From the IMG/VR virus record IMGVR_UViG_3300020576_002947, positions 160,001 through 224,000 of that record: DNA of 64,000 nt; one strand, 5' to 3'. A model generated the notes under the pieces. The model did no database searches. It was given only the letters and a program-made list of their open reading frames with translations, and was not told the DNA's origin. A program made the position numbers and the translations under genes. Positions 41,537 to 51,122 of this stretch are shown piece after piece; position 1 is the first letter of the stretch; each line of letters begins with the position of its first letter. This DNA comes from a virus. Lineage: Duplodnaviria > Caudoviricetes.

Positions 41537-42524
41537 GACTCCGTGTGGTCGAGAGGTCACTATCGTCAACATCAAGGACACTCCAAACTGGAAGGAGTTG
41601 TATCCTAATGGTGTGTACTGTGGCAGACCTCCTAAGAGTCAGCCTGGTATGCACCTTGGGAACTTGTTTACCCATTTGCAGCTGGATGATCCGTCAAGGA
41701 CTATCTGGGTGCCAACCAGGGAAGTTGCTGTCCAAGCCTTTGAGAGATGGCTCAAGGGTGACTACGATCCTATGTGGCCGCTTGCTAAGTTGGCTGCTGA
41801 GGAACAACGCCGTCTATGGATTCTGAAGGTGATCCCTAAGATCCAGGAGAAGGCTGAGGCATTGGCATGTTGGTGTGATCCACTAATGTGCCACACTGAG
41901 GTACTTGCTACCTTTGTGCCCACGACAGCCCCTACGACTACCACACAGGTGTTCTACACTGGTGTTGGTACCAGAGGCAGGCAAGGCTTCGATGGTGTAA
42001 GAAGACTTCCTCAACATATGACAAACCTTATTCGTAGGGTGTCAAGATGGAAGAGGGATAAAGGAGAGATCCTCAGATCAGGTCATGCTGTTGGATCTGA
42101 TCTAGCATTTGAGATGGACACTCCTGTTTGGCAGAAGGAGATCTATTTGCCAACAGAGGTATTCAACAAGGCCAGTGCATCTACCCCAGGATGTATTGTG
42201 CCTGATGAAGAACAGTTGGAAGAAGCCTTTGACTTCCTTCAGAGGATCGGTGTGCTTGAACCAAGACATGCTGCTAAACTAAAGTCAGGAACAGGCTTTG
42301 GTTGGAGAGCCCATGCTAGGAACCTATTCCAGGTTATTGGTGTGGACATCGAGAATCCACGTCCATCCAAATCTCTGTACTGCTACACAGAGGATGGAGA
42401 AGAAGTGGGTGGAACTCGTACGGCTATATTGGTCGCACGACACTTTGATGTCAAGGTGATTAACCTAGGTAATAAGGATGTTGCTGCCAAATGTGGTCAT
42501 TGGCTGGAGAAGAATGGATACTAA
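41526..42524 (+). CDS. DUF4326-like plus SLOG (DprA/YpsA-like) fusion
   Basis: N-terminal VYCGRP...GNLF...LACWCDP..CH.EVL; C-terminal YTGVGTR, RSGHAVGSD.AFE, ARN..Q..G, GGT..AI..A....V.VINLG. Confidence 0.75.
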   Translation: MKVKTPCGREVTIVNIKDTPNWKELYPNGVYCGRPPKSQPGMHLGNLFTHLQLDDPSRTIWVPTREVAVQAFERWLKGDYDPMWPLAKLAAEEQRRLWILKVIPKIQEKAEALACWCDPLMCHTEVLATFVPTTAPTTTTQVFYTGVGTRGRQGFDGVRRLPQHMTNLIRRVSRWKRDKGEILRSGHAVGSDLAFEMDTPVWQKEIYLPTEVFNKASASTPGCIVPDEEQLEEAFDFLQRIGVLEPRHAAKLKSGTGFGWRAHARNLFQVIGVDIENPRPSKSLYCYTEDGEEVGGTRTAILVARHFDVKVINLGNKDVAAKCGHWLEKNGY

Positions 42525-42948
42525 TTTCATGGTCTTGTTTGAAGAGGCGTTTCTAATCTTCAAAGAGTTTGACAAAAGTGGTGACTATGAGGCTGAGATG
42601 TATGTGACCTGTGAAGATACATCTCACTTCAATGTATCTTTTGACAGTTTGACAAACAAAGTAGTCAGTGTTTCGATTGCTTTAAACCCAATCCAAATTC
42701 AATCTGATTCAGACAACTATTTAATTCCCAGAGATGAGATTTTCTGGTGTACCTTCTATCATGAGATGGGTCACTACCATCAAGTGATGAATGGCACATA
42801 CTTTTCAAAGATCAGGGAAGTTGAAGATGACCCTAAAGTATTACTTTGGCTTGAAGAGGACGCGTGGACTTTTTACCCTAAAGCTAACAAAAGGTTTGTA
42901 GCTTATGCCTTAAGAGGCTACCGTCAATTAGCAGGCTACTATATTTGA
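42514..42948 (+). CDS. HExxH zinc-metallopeptidase-like protein
   Basis: FYHEMGH...E.DAW. Confidence 0.6.
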   Translation: MDTNFMVLFEEAFLIFKEFDKSGDYEAEMYVTCEDTSHFNVSFDSLTNKVVSVSIALNPIQIQSDSDNYLIPRDEIFWCTFYHEMGHYHQVMNGTYFSKIREVEDDPKVLLWLEEDAWTFYPKANKRFVAYALRGYRQLAGYYI

Positions 42949-43032
42949 GGACTACTGTGACTACAGAACAAATCCTTCGGTAGGGGGAACATTCGGAGTC
43001 AGGAGCCCACAGGAGTCCTGCAAAGAGTTACC

Positions 43033-43485
43033 ATGGAAATCAGCACAGTTTCACAGAACATCATCGACGGCCTCAAGGCCATCAACGTCACCCTGTCAGA
43101 GGTCAGGATTGAATTGCATCCTAACGATGCATTTGACAGCGCAGGAAAGCCCCAGCCGCATCTTCAGAGCCTCATCCTGGCAGGGTTCAGGAAGTTCGAC
43201 ATCTGCGAGTTTGAAGCAGATCAGAACAGAGCAAGCGGTGTCGGTCGCATCAACGACGGCATCAGAAAGTCCTGCATGGCTCACGCTCTCGCGTGGGGTA
43301 GCAATGCCCGAGAAGCAAAGGGACTTCTCACTTCGTTCGGACCTGACTTTTTGAGAACTGAGGTTCAGCGCTTGGTCAGGAACGGCATGACCCCCGCCAT
43401 GTTGCTTGCGGCAAGCCAGCCCAAGAAGGTGGCTTCTGCTTCAGCAGAGGTCGCTCTGGCCGATCTCGAATCCCTCTTCGAGTAG
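43033..43485 (+). CDS. Hypothetical protein
   Basis: 150 aa, C-ending codon bias, followed by a hairpin at 43498-43526. Confidence 0.65.
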   Translation: MEISTVSQNIIDGLKAINVTLSEVRIELHPNDAFDSAGKPQPHLQSLILAGFRKFDICEFEADQNRASGVGRINDGIRKSCMAHALAWGSNAREAKGLLTSFGPDFLRTEVQRLVRNGMTPAMLLAASQPKKVASASAEVALADLESLFE

Positions 43486-43643
43486 AGCGCTATAGTTTGG
43501 GAAGGGCCCCCTCAAGGCCTTTCCCTTACTTCAGGACCTTCGCCTAAAGTTTAACCACCTGTCTCTCGTAAGCTTTGTTTTAAAAGCTGAACAACTATCT
43601 GGGATTTATCCCCATGTCCGTCCGTTAAGAACAAAAGGCTATT

Positions 43644-44189
43644 ATGGCTACTAAGAACGCAAACAACCCCACGTCAACCGCCGCTCCCATCAACACCGAA
43701 AAGGTCGGCCAGCCCGCCCAGGTCAACACTCCCAGCATTGAGGACCTCCAGGCCCTCGCTGGCGTGATGAAGAGCAACACCATCTCTTCAGAGAAGCCCA
43801 GGGTGGACTTCAAGCAATTGGGAGGCGATTTCGAAAGGAATCGAACTCCACTCTCTGAGCGCTTGGAACAGCTACCATTCCTGATCAGTGCTGGAATGGT
43901 CGTGGATGGCACCAGCACCGTATGGGGCAACTGGCATCTCCAGGCCCCCAGGCAGGAAGGCAGGACTCCGGTCCTCAGCTTCCACGTTCCAAGTGAGCGT
44001 GAAGTGACTTCCACTGTCAGGGGCAAGAAGCAGACCGTTCTCGAGACGGGCTATGACAGAGTCAAGGTCAGGATCACCGAAGAGGGCATCCTCGACAACT
44101 TGCTGGATCTGGATAGGTTGCCACACTTTGGCACCCTCGCCAGTGTGCTCTGTGACAGAGGGTCCATTGTGATCCTTTGGGAAGAGTAA
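43644..44189 (+). CDS. Hypothetical protein
   Basis: 181 aa, followed by hairpin GGGAGGTCTT/AGGGGCCTCCC at 44211-44233. Confidence 0.65.
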   Translation: MATKNANNPTSTAAPINTEKVGQPAQVNTPSIEDLQALAGVMKSNTISSEKPRVDFKQLGGDFERNRTPLSERLEQLPFLISAGMVVDGTSTVWGNWHLQAPRQEGRTPVLSFHVPSEREVTSTVRGKKQTVLETGYDRVKVRITEEGILDNLLDLDRLPHFGTLASVLCDRGSIVILWEE

Positions 44190-44259
44190 TTATTAATTAA
44201 GTTATCACTAGGGAGGTCTTCAAGGGGCCTCCCACCAAAAGCCAATTGAGAGAACCAAT

Positions 44260-44619
44260 ATGAAGCGAAACTTTCTTGCCGCTGGCGTCGGAGCCTTGGC
44301 AGCCACTCTTGTCACTACTTCCGTCGGAGCCGTAAAGGCTTCTGGAAGAATGGCCGCTCAGATCCGGGACCAGTTCCAGGACACAACTGAAAGGGGGAGA
44401 AAGATCCAGTCCTATAAGGATTTGGACTTCCAGATCGAACAGGGAAACCTGGACCCCACCAAGCTCGAAAGAGCTAAGGACCTGCGCTCAAGGCTCGAGA
44501 TCATTCTCTGGCCCAAGGCACAAACTCAGAGGAAGGATCATAGCGATATTGATTCATTCCTCTCAGAGATTGAGAGAGAATTCGACTTGAGCACAGAACC
44601 TGCTCAGGTCACCGACTAG
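44260..44619 (+). CDS. Hypothetical protein with N-terminal hydrophobic helix
   Basis: 119 aa. Confidence 0.6.
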   Translation: MKRNFLAAGVGALAATLVTTSVGAVKASGRMAAQIRDQFQDTTERGRKIQSYKDLDFQIEQGNLDPTKLERAKDLRSRLEIILWPKAQTQRKDHSDIDSFLSEIEREFDLSTEPAQVTD

Positions 44620-44826
44620 GAGTTTCAGACTGCCCTTAACCAGGTAGCTGAGGAAGCGACCAATTAACCTTTAAGGGCATTGCCCATCTAACCAGATTTA
44701 AAACTGTGTTAGGTGTGTAGTGCCCTTTTTAAATGCTGAAGCCTTAGCTTCTTGCTAGTTATACAATGATAAGGAAACTAGTAAGAGGTTAAGGCTTTTT
44801 TCCAGAAATCGCCTATATTAGTACGG

Positions 44827-44851
44827 GGGAGGGGCCCCTTTAGGGGAGGGG
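44827..44851. repeat. 25-nt G-rich direct repeat, copy 1
   Basis: GGGAGGGGCCCCTTTAGGGGAGGGG, identical to 49306-49330; both intergenic. Confidence 0.9.
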
Positions 44852-44873
44852 GTGAAACCCCCAGGAAAAAAGA

Positions 44874-45164
44874 ATGAAAAAGAAGATCAACTTTGTTGAC
44901 TTACTAATATCTTTGACATGCATAGTATCATCATTGATGCTTGCATATATTGTATTCTATCCTCATATTAAAAAGCGTCCTACTTTAAGGGAGGCATATG
45001 AAATGTGTCTTGAGGATACTAAAGACTTTAATAACTCTGATGAATGTGCATATAGTGAAGTACTATACTATTACTATCCTGAGATAGGAAGAGATCGTGC
45101 TGAGCATTGGGTATATAGTCCCTCTGAAGGAAACTTTATCTATGATGGTCCTGTAATAGACTAA
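44874..45164 (+). CDS. Membrane-anchored hypothetical protein
   Basis: N-terminal TM helix. Confidence 0.55.
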   Translation: MKKKINFVDLLISLTCIVSSLMLAYIVFYPHIKKRPTLREAYEMCLEDTKDFNNSDECAYSEVLYYYYPEIGRDRAEHWVYSPSEGNFIYDGPVID

Positions 45165-45165
45165 C

Positions 45166-45393
45166 ATGCCTCCAGCACAGATAGTAAACAGCATTGTTAA
45201 CAATCCTATTACTCTATATACTATGCTTTTTATTGGACCATGTTTTATTGTCTATTACCTCAAAACTCTAGCAGATAAAGCAAAGAGAGAGTATACTCAT
45301 CCTGACGCTCCATTATTTGCTGTAGTAGAAGGAATAGTCACAATAGCTGTTATTGCTATAGTTACTATACTAAAGGTTACTAAGAACTTATAA
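45166..45393 (+). CDS. Two-TM hypothetical protein
   Basis: Hydrophobic pattern. Confidence 0.5.
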   Translation: MPPAQIVNSIVNNPITLYTMLFIGPCFIVYYLKTLADKAKREYTHPDAPLFAVVEGIVTIAVIAIVTILKVTKNL

Positions 45394-45398
45394 CGTGA

Positions 45399-45590
45399 AT
45401 GACAATGAAACAATCTCTCCAAATCATTATCCTTATATGTATGCTACTAATAGCAGCACTATGGTTAACATTTATTATTAACCTACCACCTAAGCTATCT
45501 ACTAGACAAATACTAGGCTTAGTATTATTGTTTGCAGAGTTCCTACTGTTGACAGTTTTATATTACTACGTGTATAAAACTTCACAGTAA
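45399..45590 (+). CDS. Two-TM hypothetical protein
   Basis: Hydrophobic pattern. Confidence 0.5.
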   Translation: MTMKQSLQIIILICMLLIAALWLTFIINLPPKLSTRQILGLVLLFAEFLLLTVLYYYVYKTSQ

Positions 45591-45711
45591 AAATAGTTTA
45601 TTTTTTATATCTTAAATTTAGTGCTATCAATTATACAGCATTTGATTTTATATATTAAATATTCTGATATAGAATTTACGTGTTTTGATTTCTATACTCT
45701 TAGGAACTTAA

Positions 45712-45918
45712 ATGACAATACTCACTCTACTCTCAACACAGAAGTTTACTAGTGGTATATACAATGGACACTATGTAGAAGATGTTATTCATACTAATCC
45801 CATGTATGTTTCGTAGGCTATGGATAATCTATCTAACTTTAAGATTACTAATGATCTTAAGGATCTTCTCTATGAAGTACTTAATGATCACTATCCTGAT
45901 GATCCACAGTATGATTAG
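45712..45918 (+). pseudogene. Small FGKYKG-type (exonuclease X C-terminal/DUF3820-like) gene with an internal TAG
   Basis: F.SGIYNGHYVEDVIHTNPMYVS*AMDN; the TAG at 45814 falls where the family has Trp; the frame continues to 45918. Confidence 0.55.
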
Positions 45919-46016
45919 TTAATCTATATAAGTATTCTCTATCATTCATTCTATGTTCTATATCACTACGTTATTTATTTATATACGTTGATCTTATATA
46001 TTTTGGAAGAAAGGAA

Positions 46017-46268
46017 ATGAAGAGCTGGCCCGAGATCCCTCCTATTACTGAAGAGAACCTTTATGCAGTTGTGTGTACTAAATCTAAACTAGTATGGAAC
46101 AAAACACTTCAATGTCTTGAACCACATATGCTAGCTGGTCTACACCGCAGAGTATATGTGGCTAAAGATACTAATGATCCTGATGTGCTTTCTATCTTCA
46201 TAAAACAACGCTGGGAGATGGTTAAAAGAAACCGATTTAAGTTTTCAGGTCCTATAAGGTCAGCCTAA
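46017..46268 (+). CDS. Hypothetical protein
   Basis: AAGGA RBS, 83 aa. Confidence 0.55.
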   Translation: MKSWPEIPPITEENLYAVVCTKSKLVWNKTLQCLEPHMLAGLHRRVYVAKDTNDPDVLSIFIKQRWEMVKRNRFKFSGPIRSA

Positions 46269-46322
46269 TATATACTATTATATTTATTGGAAGAAATACA
46301 TTAGATAATCATTAGTGCAACT

Positions 46323-46562
46323 ATGACACAAGAACAACTCTCAGCAACTAAGAAACTTAAAACCAGCTACCATATCTCTGGTCTAGCTATGCTGCTTGCA
46401 GCAACCTATATTCTTATTGTTACTATCAGAGTAATTATGGGATACCAGTTAGATCCAGTAACATGGATTCTACTTATCCTTAATGCTACTTTGTTCTATA
46501 TAAACCATGATAGATCTCTTAATCTTAAGAGAGATATTAAAATATTGGGAGAACAGAAATGA
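46323..46562 (+). CDS. Two-TM protein (tandem family 1/3)
   Basis: ~80 aa; two TM helices and a basic amphipathic C-terminus; ATGA coupling. Confidence 0.55.
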   Translation: MTQEQLSATKKLKTSYHISGLAMLLAATYILIVTIRVIMGYQLDPVTWILLILNATLFYINHDRSLNLKRDIKILGEQK

Positions 46563-46810
46563 ACGCACACAGAGTCATTGAACAACTTATTAATAATCAA
46601 AAGTCTCACATTAAATCAGATATTCTATTTACTATTCTATATACACTATTGCTATTTGTTACCTTAACACAGGCAATTGTTAATCCGTTTATTCTTACAA
46701 TTTCTATTTGTGCTATTAACATATTCATGTTTGGATATACTGTATATACATTTAGTAAGGATATATCTACATTGAAGACTCTTAGGCTACATGCGAAAGA
46801 TCTATTATGA
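46559..46810 (+). CDS. Two-TM protein (tandem family 2/3)
   Basis: Same architecture. Confidence 0.55.
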   Translation: MNAHRVIEQLINNQKSHIKSDILFTILYTLLLFVTLTQAIVNPFILTISICAINIFMFGYTVYTFSKDISTLKTLRLHAKDLL

Positions 46811-47049
46811 AACAGAACGATGAGCTTACTAATCACGTTATTAAACATCTTAAGATAAGTCTTCTCATTGATTCTATTATTATACTTGCCAATGCTTTAT
46901 CAATTTGTTTTTGTATCTATGATTATAACTCCTTTAGAAGTCAATACACATTTGTTATCTGTCTCAATATTATAGCTATTATTTGGTGTCTTATCACAAT
47001 CAGACAGACGCAAAAAGAATTAAGAACTGCACAAGGAGAATCTAAATGA
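46807..47049 (+). CDS. Two-TM protein (tandem family 3/3)
   Basis: Same architecture. Confidence 0.55.
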   Translation: MKQNDELTNHVIKHLKISLLIDSIIILANALSICFCIYDYNSFRSQYTFVICLNIIAIIWCLITIRQTQKELRTAQGESK

Positions 47050-47567
47050 ACCCAACCCACCCAACTATTAATGTTTCAGACCTTACAACTTGTCTGAGTC
47101 ATTTTAAACTGGCACAGCAGATTGCTAACAAATCTATGCCTCTCATTGAACAGTTCTTTACAGACTTGATTGGAACTATTACTCTTGACACATGTGAAGA
47201 CATCTGTAATGTTGTATCTGACACATGCATTAAGGAAGATTGTATTGAGTTCTCTATTAATTGGCTGGCAACAGGTATCGACGTTATGTCGATTCACGGT
47301 AAGTTCGATTCATCTAACACCGCACCTCAAATTGATAAACTTGTTTTCTTTTATGCACCAACACAATATGGTGTACCTTGGACTGGACTGTATGATAGAG
47401 AGTCACTTTTAAATGAGTATAGAAATGTTGATAAAGATAACTTCTTGGTAAGGTTTGATTGGTCAACTGATACCATGGGAATTATTACTATCGATAATAT
47501 CACTCCTGAAACTGATACTAACTGTCCCAGATTGAGGACAGTTCTTAGACAGCTTTATATTATTTAA
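47046..47567 (+). CDS. Hypothetical protein
   Basis: AAGGAG RBS, 173 aa. Confidence 0.6.
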   Translation: MNPTHPTINVSDLTTCLSHFKLAQQIANKSMPLIEQFFTDLIGTITLDTCEDICNVVSDTCIKEDCIEFSINWLATGIDVMSIHGKFDSSNTAPQIDKLVFFYAPTQYGVPWTGLYDRESLLNEYRNVDKDNFLVRFDWSTDTMGIITIDNITPETDTNCPRLRTVLRQLYII

Positions 47568-47580
47568 TTGAGAACCGTTC

Positions 47581-48108
47581 ATGAACGAGAACAGTAGTCA
47601 AAGATTAGACCTTTCTGAAATTCACAGTGATGTGATCTATCCTGCAATTGTTAATCATTTTGATACTTTGGTAAAAGGATTGTGTAATTTGTATCCCAAG
47701 CTAAATAGCGGACTCTTTACAACAGGTCTTCATAAACTTACTGTAAATTGCAATGGTATTAATGCTGTTATCGTCTTTAGACATAACAACACTAACATCC
47801 TATATCTTGATTGCAGAGTTATTGTTTATAGTAACAAACCTGCAATCATTGAGATCAATGATATCTATACTGATAGATGTTATAGTGTTCTTCATAACAA
47901 GTTTGTATCTCATCCTATCTTACCAGAGCCTTTGAACTTTAAAGACTTTCCTGAATTTAAGAAGAGACCTACTATCAATTCTACTGAACATGCAATAGGA
48001 CAATATAATATTAGTGATTTCCCAACTATCTTCTTAACAAGAAAATTCATTTTTAATCCTAGTATCCCTGACTTTGAAAAAGCAGTATTGAATATGTTAG
48101 TATTCTAA
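47581..48108 (+). CDS. Hypothetical protein
   Basis: 175 aa. Confidence 0.55.
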   Translation: MNENSSQRLDLSEIHSDVIYPAIVNHFDTLVKGLCNLYPKLNSGLFTTGLHKLTVNCNGINAVIVFRHNNTNILYLDCRVIVYSNKPAIIEINDIYTDRCYSVLHNKFVSHPILPEPLNFKDFPEFKKRPTINSTEHAIGQYNISDFPTIFLTRKFIFNPSIPDFEKAVLNMLVF

Positions 48109-48112
48109 ACTA

Positions 48113-48331
48113 ATGAACCCAAGCATTAACTTCTTACTTTGTGTTATTACTTCAATTGCTATTTGGATCTTTACTGCAATTCTTGCAGTTGTAAGTGCAA
48201 CATTTTTTAAACCTGATGTTCTACATAAAGAACATTTTATTAAGTACATGAGATTTTCTATGGTACTTTGTCTTATAGATGTTATTCTAATTTCTATCCT
48301 TTGTGTATACTTCATAATGCACACAAAATGA
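48113..48331 (+). CDS. Two-TM hypothetical protein
   Basis: Hydrophobic pattern. Confidence 0.5.
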   Translation: MNPSINFLLCVITSIAIWIFTAILAVVSATFFKPDVLHKEHFIKYMRFSMVLCLIDVILISILCVYFIMHTK

Positions 48332-48666
48332 CAATCATCCAGAGACCAGAATTTATTCTTAATCTTGAGAACATCTTTATCCTTAACGAAGTAGATGATA
48401 AAGTAACTCTTCATGTTCTCACTGCTGAAGGTCTTATTAAGAGATCATTCGATTATACTTTGGCAGACTTGCTATCATATGCACAAGTTAATGCAAATCC
48501 TAATCCTACTATGGTGTATATTGAGGGGTACTTAATAACTCCTCTTAGTAATATTATTCTAATTAAAGACACCGGTGTTGGTATTGAAATTTTCTTTACT
48601 AATAAAGGAAATCCTATGCCACTCCCATTTAAAATAACTGATATTAAACTAATGAACTTTAATTGA
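48328..48666 (+). CDS. Hypothetical protein
   Basis: ATGA-coupled start at 48328. Confidence 0.5.
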   Translation: MTIIQRPEFILNLENIFILNEVDDKVTLHVLTAEGLIKRSFDYTLADLLSYAQVNANPNPTMVYIEGYLITPLSNIILIKDTGVGIEIFFTNKGNPMPLPFKITDIKLMNFN

Positions 48667-48671
48667 GGACC

Positions 48672-49304
48672 ATGGAAAGAATCAATCTTAACTGCGAAAC
48701 ACATTTTTTATACCCAATCCTGAGAGAAGCTATGTATCGATATATGCTTAAGCAGAATTTGCTTAAGGTTACACCTATGAAGGAAATGAATCATACTTTC
48801 TCTGAGGAGAAGGGTGCATTCTTTATTGAGACTCAAGGCTATGATATTAACTATACTCTCAAGATGTATGGAGATGAAATCTCTTTAGATCTTTGGGGCA
48901 CAGTTGTTGATCAAATGACCTTTGATCTTAATGAAGAAAAGCTCCCATTTGAATGGGAAACTATTGTTTATAAATTCCTTAGCCAACCTCATTATGTAGA
49001 ACTTCCTAATAGTAAGAAAGTAATTACATCCTTGGCAACTAAAGCATTCCAACAGTATGCTGATGAACATGAAGGAACAGTTGAATATCTTCACTATTAT
49101 GGTGACGATAAAAGCTGGATTATATTAAGTAACTTTGGCAAGATCTTTATTGATCCTAACAATGAAAAGGAACGTGTCATTGTTGTCAAACCTTTTATTG
49201 ATGAAAAGAAAGTAGTACGTTATCCTGATAAGGTATCGTACACTCCTGATATGTGGATTAATATGTTCTATAATATGATTAAAACAGTTAATCAGCCTAC
49301 ATAA
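48672..49304 (+). CDS. Hypothetical protein
   Basis: GAGG RBS before ATG 48672. Confidence 0.6.
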   Translation: MERINLNCETHFLYPILREAMYRYMLKQNLLKVTPMKEMNHTFSEEKGAFFIETQGYDINYTLKMYGDEISLDLWGTVVDQMTFDLNEEKLPFEWETIVYKFLSQPHYVELPNSKKVITSLATKAFQQYADEHEGTVEYLHYYGDDKSWIILSNFGKIFIDPNNEKERVIVVKPFIDEKKVVRYPDKVSYTPDMWINMFYNMIKTVNQPT

Positions 49305-49305
49305 T

Positions 49306-49330
49306 GGGAGGGGCCCCTTTAGGGGAGGGG
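49306..49330. repeat. 25-nt G-rich direct repeat, copy 2
   Basis: Identical to 44827-44851. Confidence 0.9.
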
Positions 49331-49358
49331 CCCACTATTAAGTCCAAGGAACCAGAGC

Positions 49359-49667
49359 ATGAAAGCTTTCAACACAATCATTAATATTTTGTTTGCTGTT
49401 GCTTATTTGACAGCATTCATTCTGTTTGTTATTACAGCACAATCCAACATTGTCAATATCTTTATTGCAAGTGTGCTAGGATTTGCAGCCATTGGTCAAC
49501 TCATGGCAGCCACTATATTTTGCAAAGCAACCTATGCTTCAGCAAGAGTATATTCAAGAGCTATTGGAGAAAATCTTAAGCTCAGCGATGAACTTATTGA
49601 AGAAGCTGATCAGATCTATCAGAATGATTCTGATGATATTGATCCAAGATTTGAACGTAAACCTTAA
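49359..49667 (+). CDS. Two-TM hypothetical protein
   Basis: AAGGA RBS; hydrophobic N-terminal half. Confidence 0.55.
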   Translation: MKAFNTIINILFAVAYLTAFILFVITAQSNIVNIFIASVLGFAAIGQLMAATIFCKATYASARVYSRAIGENLKLSDELIEEADQIYQNDSDDIDPRFERKP

Positions 49668-49681
49668 CTAATTAATCACCC

Positions 49682-50137
49682 ATGACTGAAATCACTGGAA
49701 ACATTCTCAGTATTAAGAAAGGGATTATTTGTCATCAAGTAAATTGTCAAGGACGTATGGGATCTGGAATTGCACTACAGTTCCGAGAGACATACCCTAA
49801 AGTATACAAGACCTATCAAACATTATGTAGTAGTATTCCATCTGCACAGTTGTTAGGGCGTTGTCAGCTTGTTAAAATTGATGACAACCTTCTTGTTGCT
49901 AACATCTTCGGTCAAGAGTACTATGGTACTGACAAAAGATATACTGATTATGAAGCAGTAGCCAAATCATTTAAGTCACTAGAGAATTGGCGAGACTTAA
50001 AGCTAAGAACTATTCCACAGGATAAGATCTATATCCCATATAAAATGGGTTGCAACTTAGGAGGAGGCTTATGGCATACCTACCTAGAAGTTGTAACATC
50101 TATTATCCCTAACGTGACAGTTGTCAAACTACCATGA
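49682..50137 (+). CDS. Macrodomain ADP-ribose hydrolase (Poa1p/DarG-like class)
   Basis: GNI...ICHQVNCQGRMGSGIA...YP, ANIFGQ, IPYKMGCNLGGG.W. Confidence 0.9.
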   Translation: MTEITGNILSIKKGIICHQVNCQGRMGSGIALQFRETYPKVYKTYQTLCSSIPSAQLLGRCQLVKIDDNLLVANIFGQEYYGTDKRYTDYEAVAKSFKSLENWRDLKLRTIPQDKIYIPYKMGCNLGGGLWHTYLEVVTSIIPNVTVVKLP

Positions 50138-50228
50138 AGAAAAACCTTCAAACATTGCTATACATATTCATTGGAGCAGTTATTGGATTTATCTTTGCTT
50201 CTATTGGTATTGCACTATTGAGCTTCTC

Positions 50229-50630
50229 GTGAGTTTAAACGTAACAGCATCAATTATCATTATTGTTATTGAATCTAAAGAAATTGAAATCTATTACAGT
50301 AACAAACCACCTCAGGGTACTGAGGACAGAGATGTTATTGAAATTGCTACATCAAGCGGTTCTTTTAATGTTCTGAAATGTACAGACATTGAGGAAATCA
50401 AAAAGCTTGACCTTAAAAAAGTCGTTCTAAACTTTAGTGATGACGACTGGTTCACAGCATATAGCGATCTATTTGAAGCTACTATCTATGCTATAAATCA
50501 AACACCATTAATGCCTAAGCGGCAGGCTATGCAACTATTCATTGATATTACTAAGTTCTTAGAACTTAATATTAAAGCTGTTGATGAACAGCTCGACAAA
50601 TGCGCTCAGAGAATGATTGATGGTTTCTGA
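50229..50630 (+). CDS. Hypothetical protein
   Basis: GTG at 50229 overlaps the stop of a 32-aa TM peptide (50134-50232). Confidence 0.5.
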   Translation: MSLNVTASIIIIVIESKEIEIYYSNKPPQGTEDRDVIEIATSSGSFNVLKCTDIEEIKKLDLKKVVLNFSDDDWFTAYSDLFEATIYAINQTPLMPKRQAMQLFIDITKFLELNIKAVDEQLDKCAQRMIDGF

Positions 50631-51069
50631 AAAACAAACTATTATTCTTATGCATGGACTTCCTGGATCAGGTAAGTCAACAAGAGCTAATGAAATTAAA
50701 ACCTATTACACTCTCAACAATACCACTTGTGAAATCTGTTCTGCAGATTCCTATTTTATTGATGATAGGGGGAGATATAACTTTGATCCCACTAAACTCC
50801 ATCTTGCACATAAAACCTGTATCGACTCTGTTATTCATCACCTGTCAAATAAAGTAGAAATTGTTATCGTAGACAATACGAATCTTAAGAAGTCAGATAT
50901 CCAACCGTATGTTAACATTGCTGAGAGGCTAGGTATTACTATCATATCAGAAGAACCATCCACACCTTGGAAGGATGATCCTATTACATGCTCTGAGAAA
51001 ACGGTACATCAAGTACCACTTCATACCATTGAGCGTATGAAGAAGTTACAAGAAACCCCGCCATTTTAA
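50617..51069 (+). CDS. P-loop polynucleotide kinase (AAA_33/N4BP2-like)
   Basis: HGLPGSGKST, SADSYF, VIVDNTN, H.VP...I.RM. Confidence 0.85.
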   Translation: MMVSEKQTIILMHGLPGSGKSTRANEIKTYYTLNNTTCEICSADSYFIDDRGRYNFDPTKLHLAHKTCIDSVIHHLSNKVEIVIVDNTNLKKSDIQPYVNIAERLGITIISEEPSTPWKDDPITCSEKTVHQVPLHTIERMKKLQETPPF

Positions 51070-51122
51070 TTAGCAATAAAGCACAAAAAATATTAATCTA
51101 TCCATAGTGTGGAAAGGACAAC

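Noticed and set aside
45814-45816. Genome-wide TAG recoding
   Set aside because: Long genes are intact under code 11 and several end in TAG right at neighbour boundaries; only one internal TAG was seen
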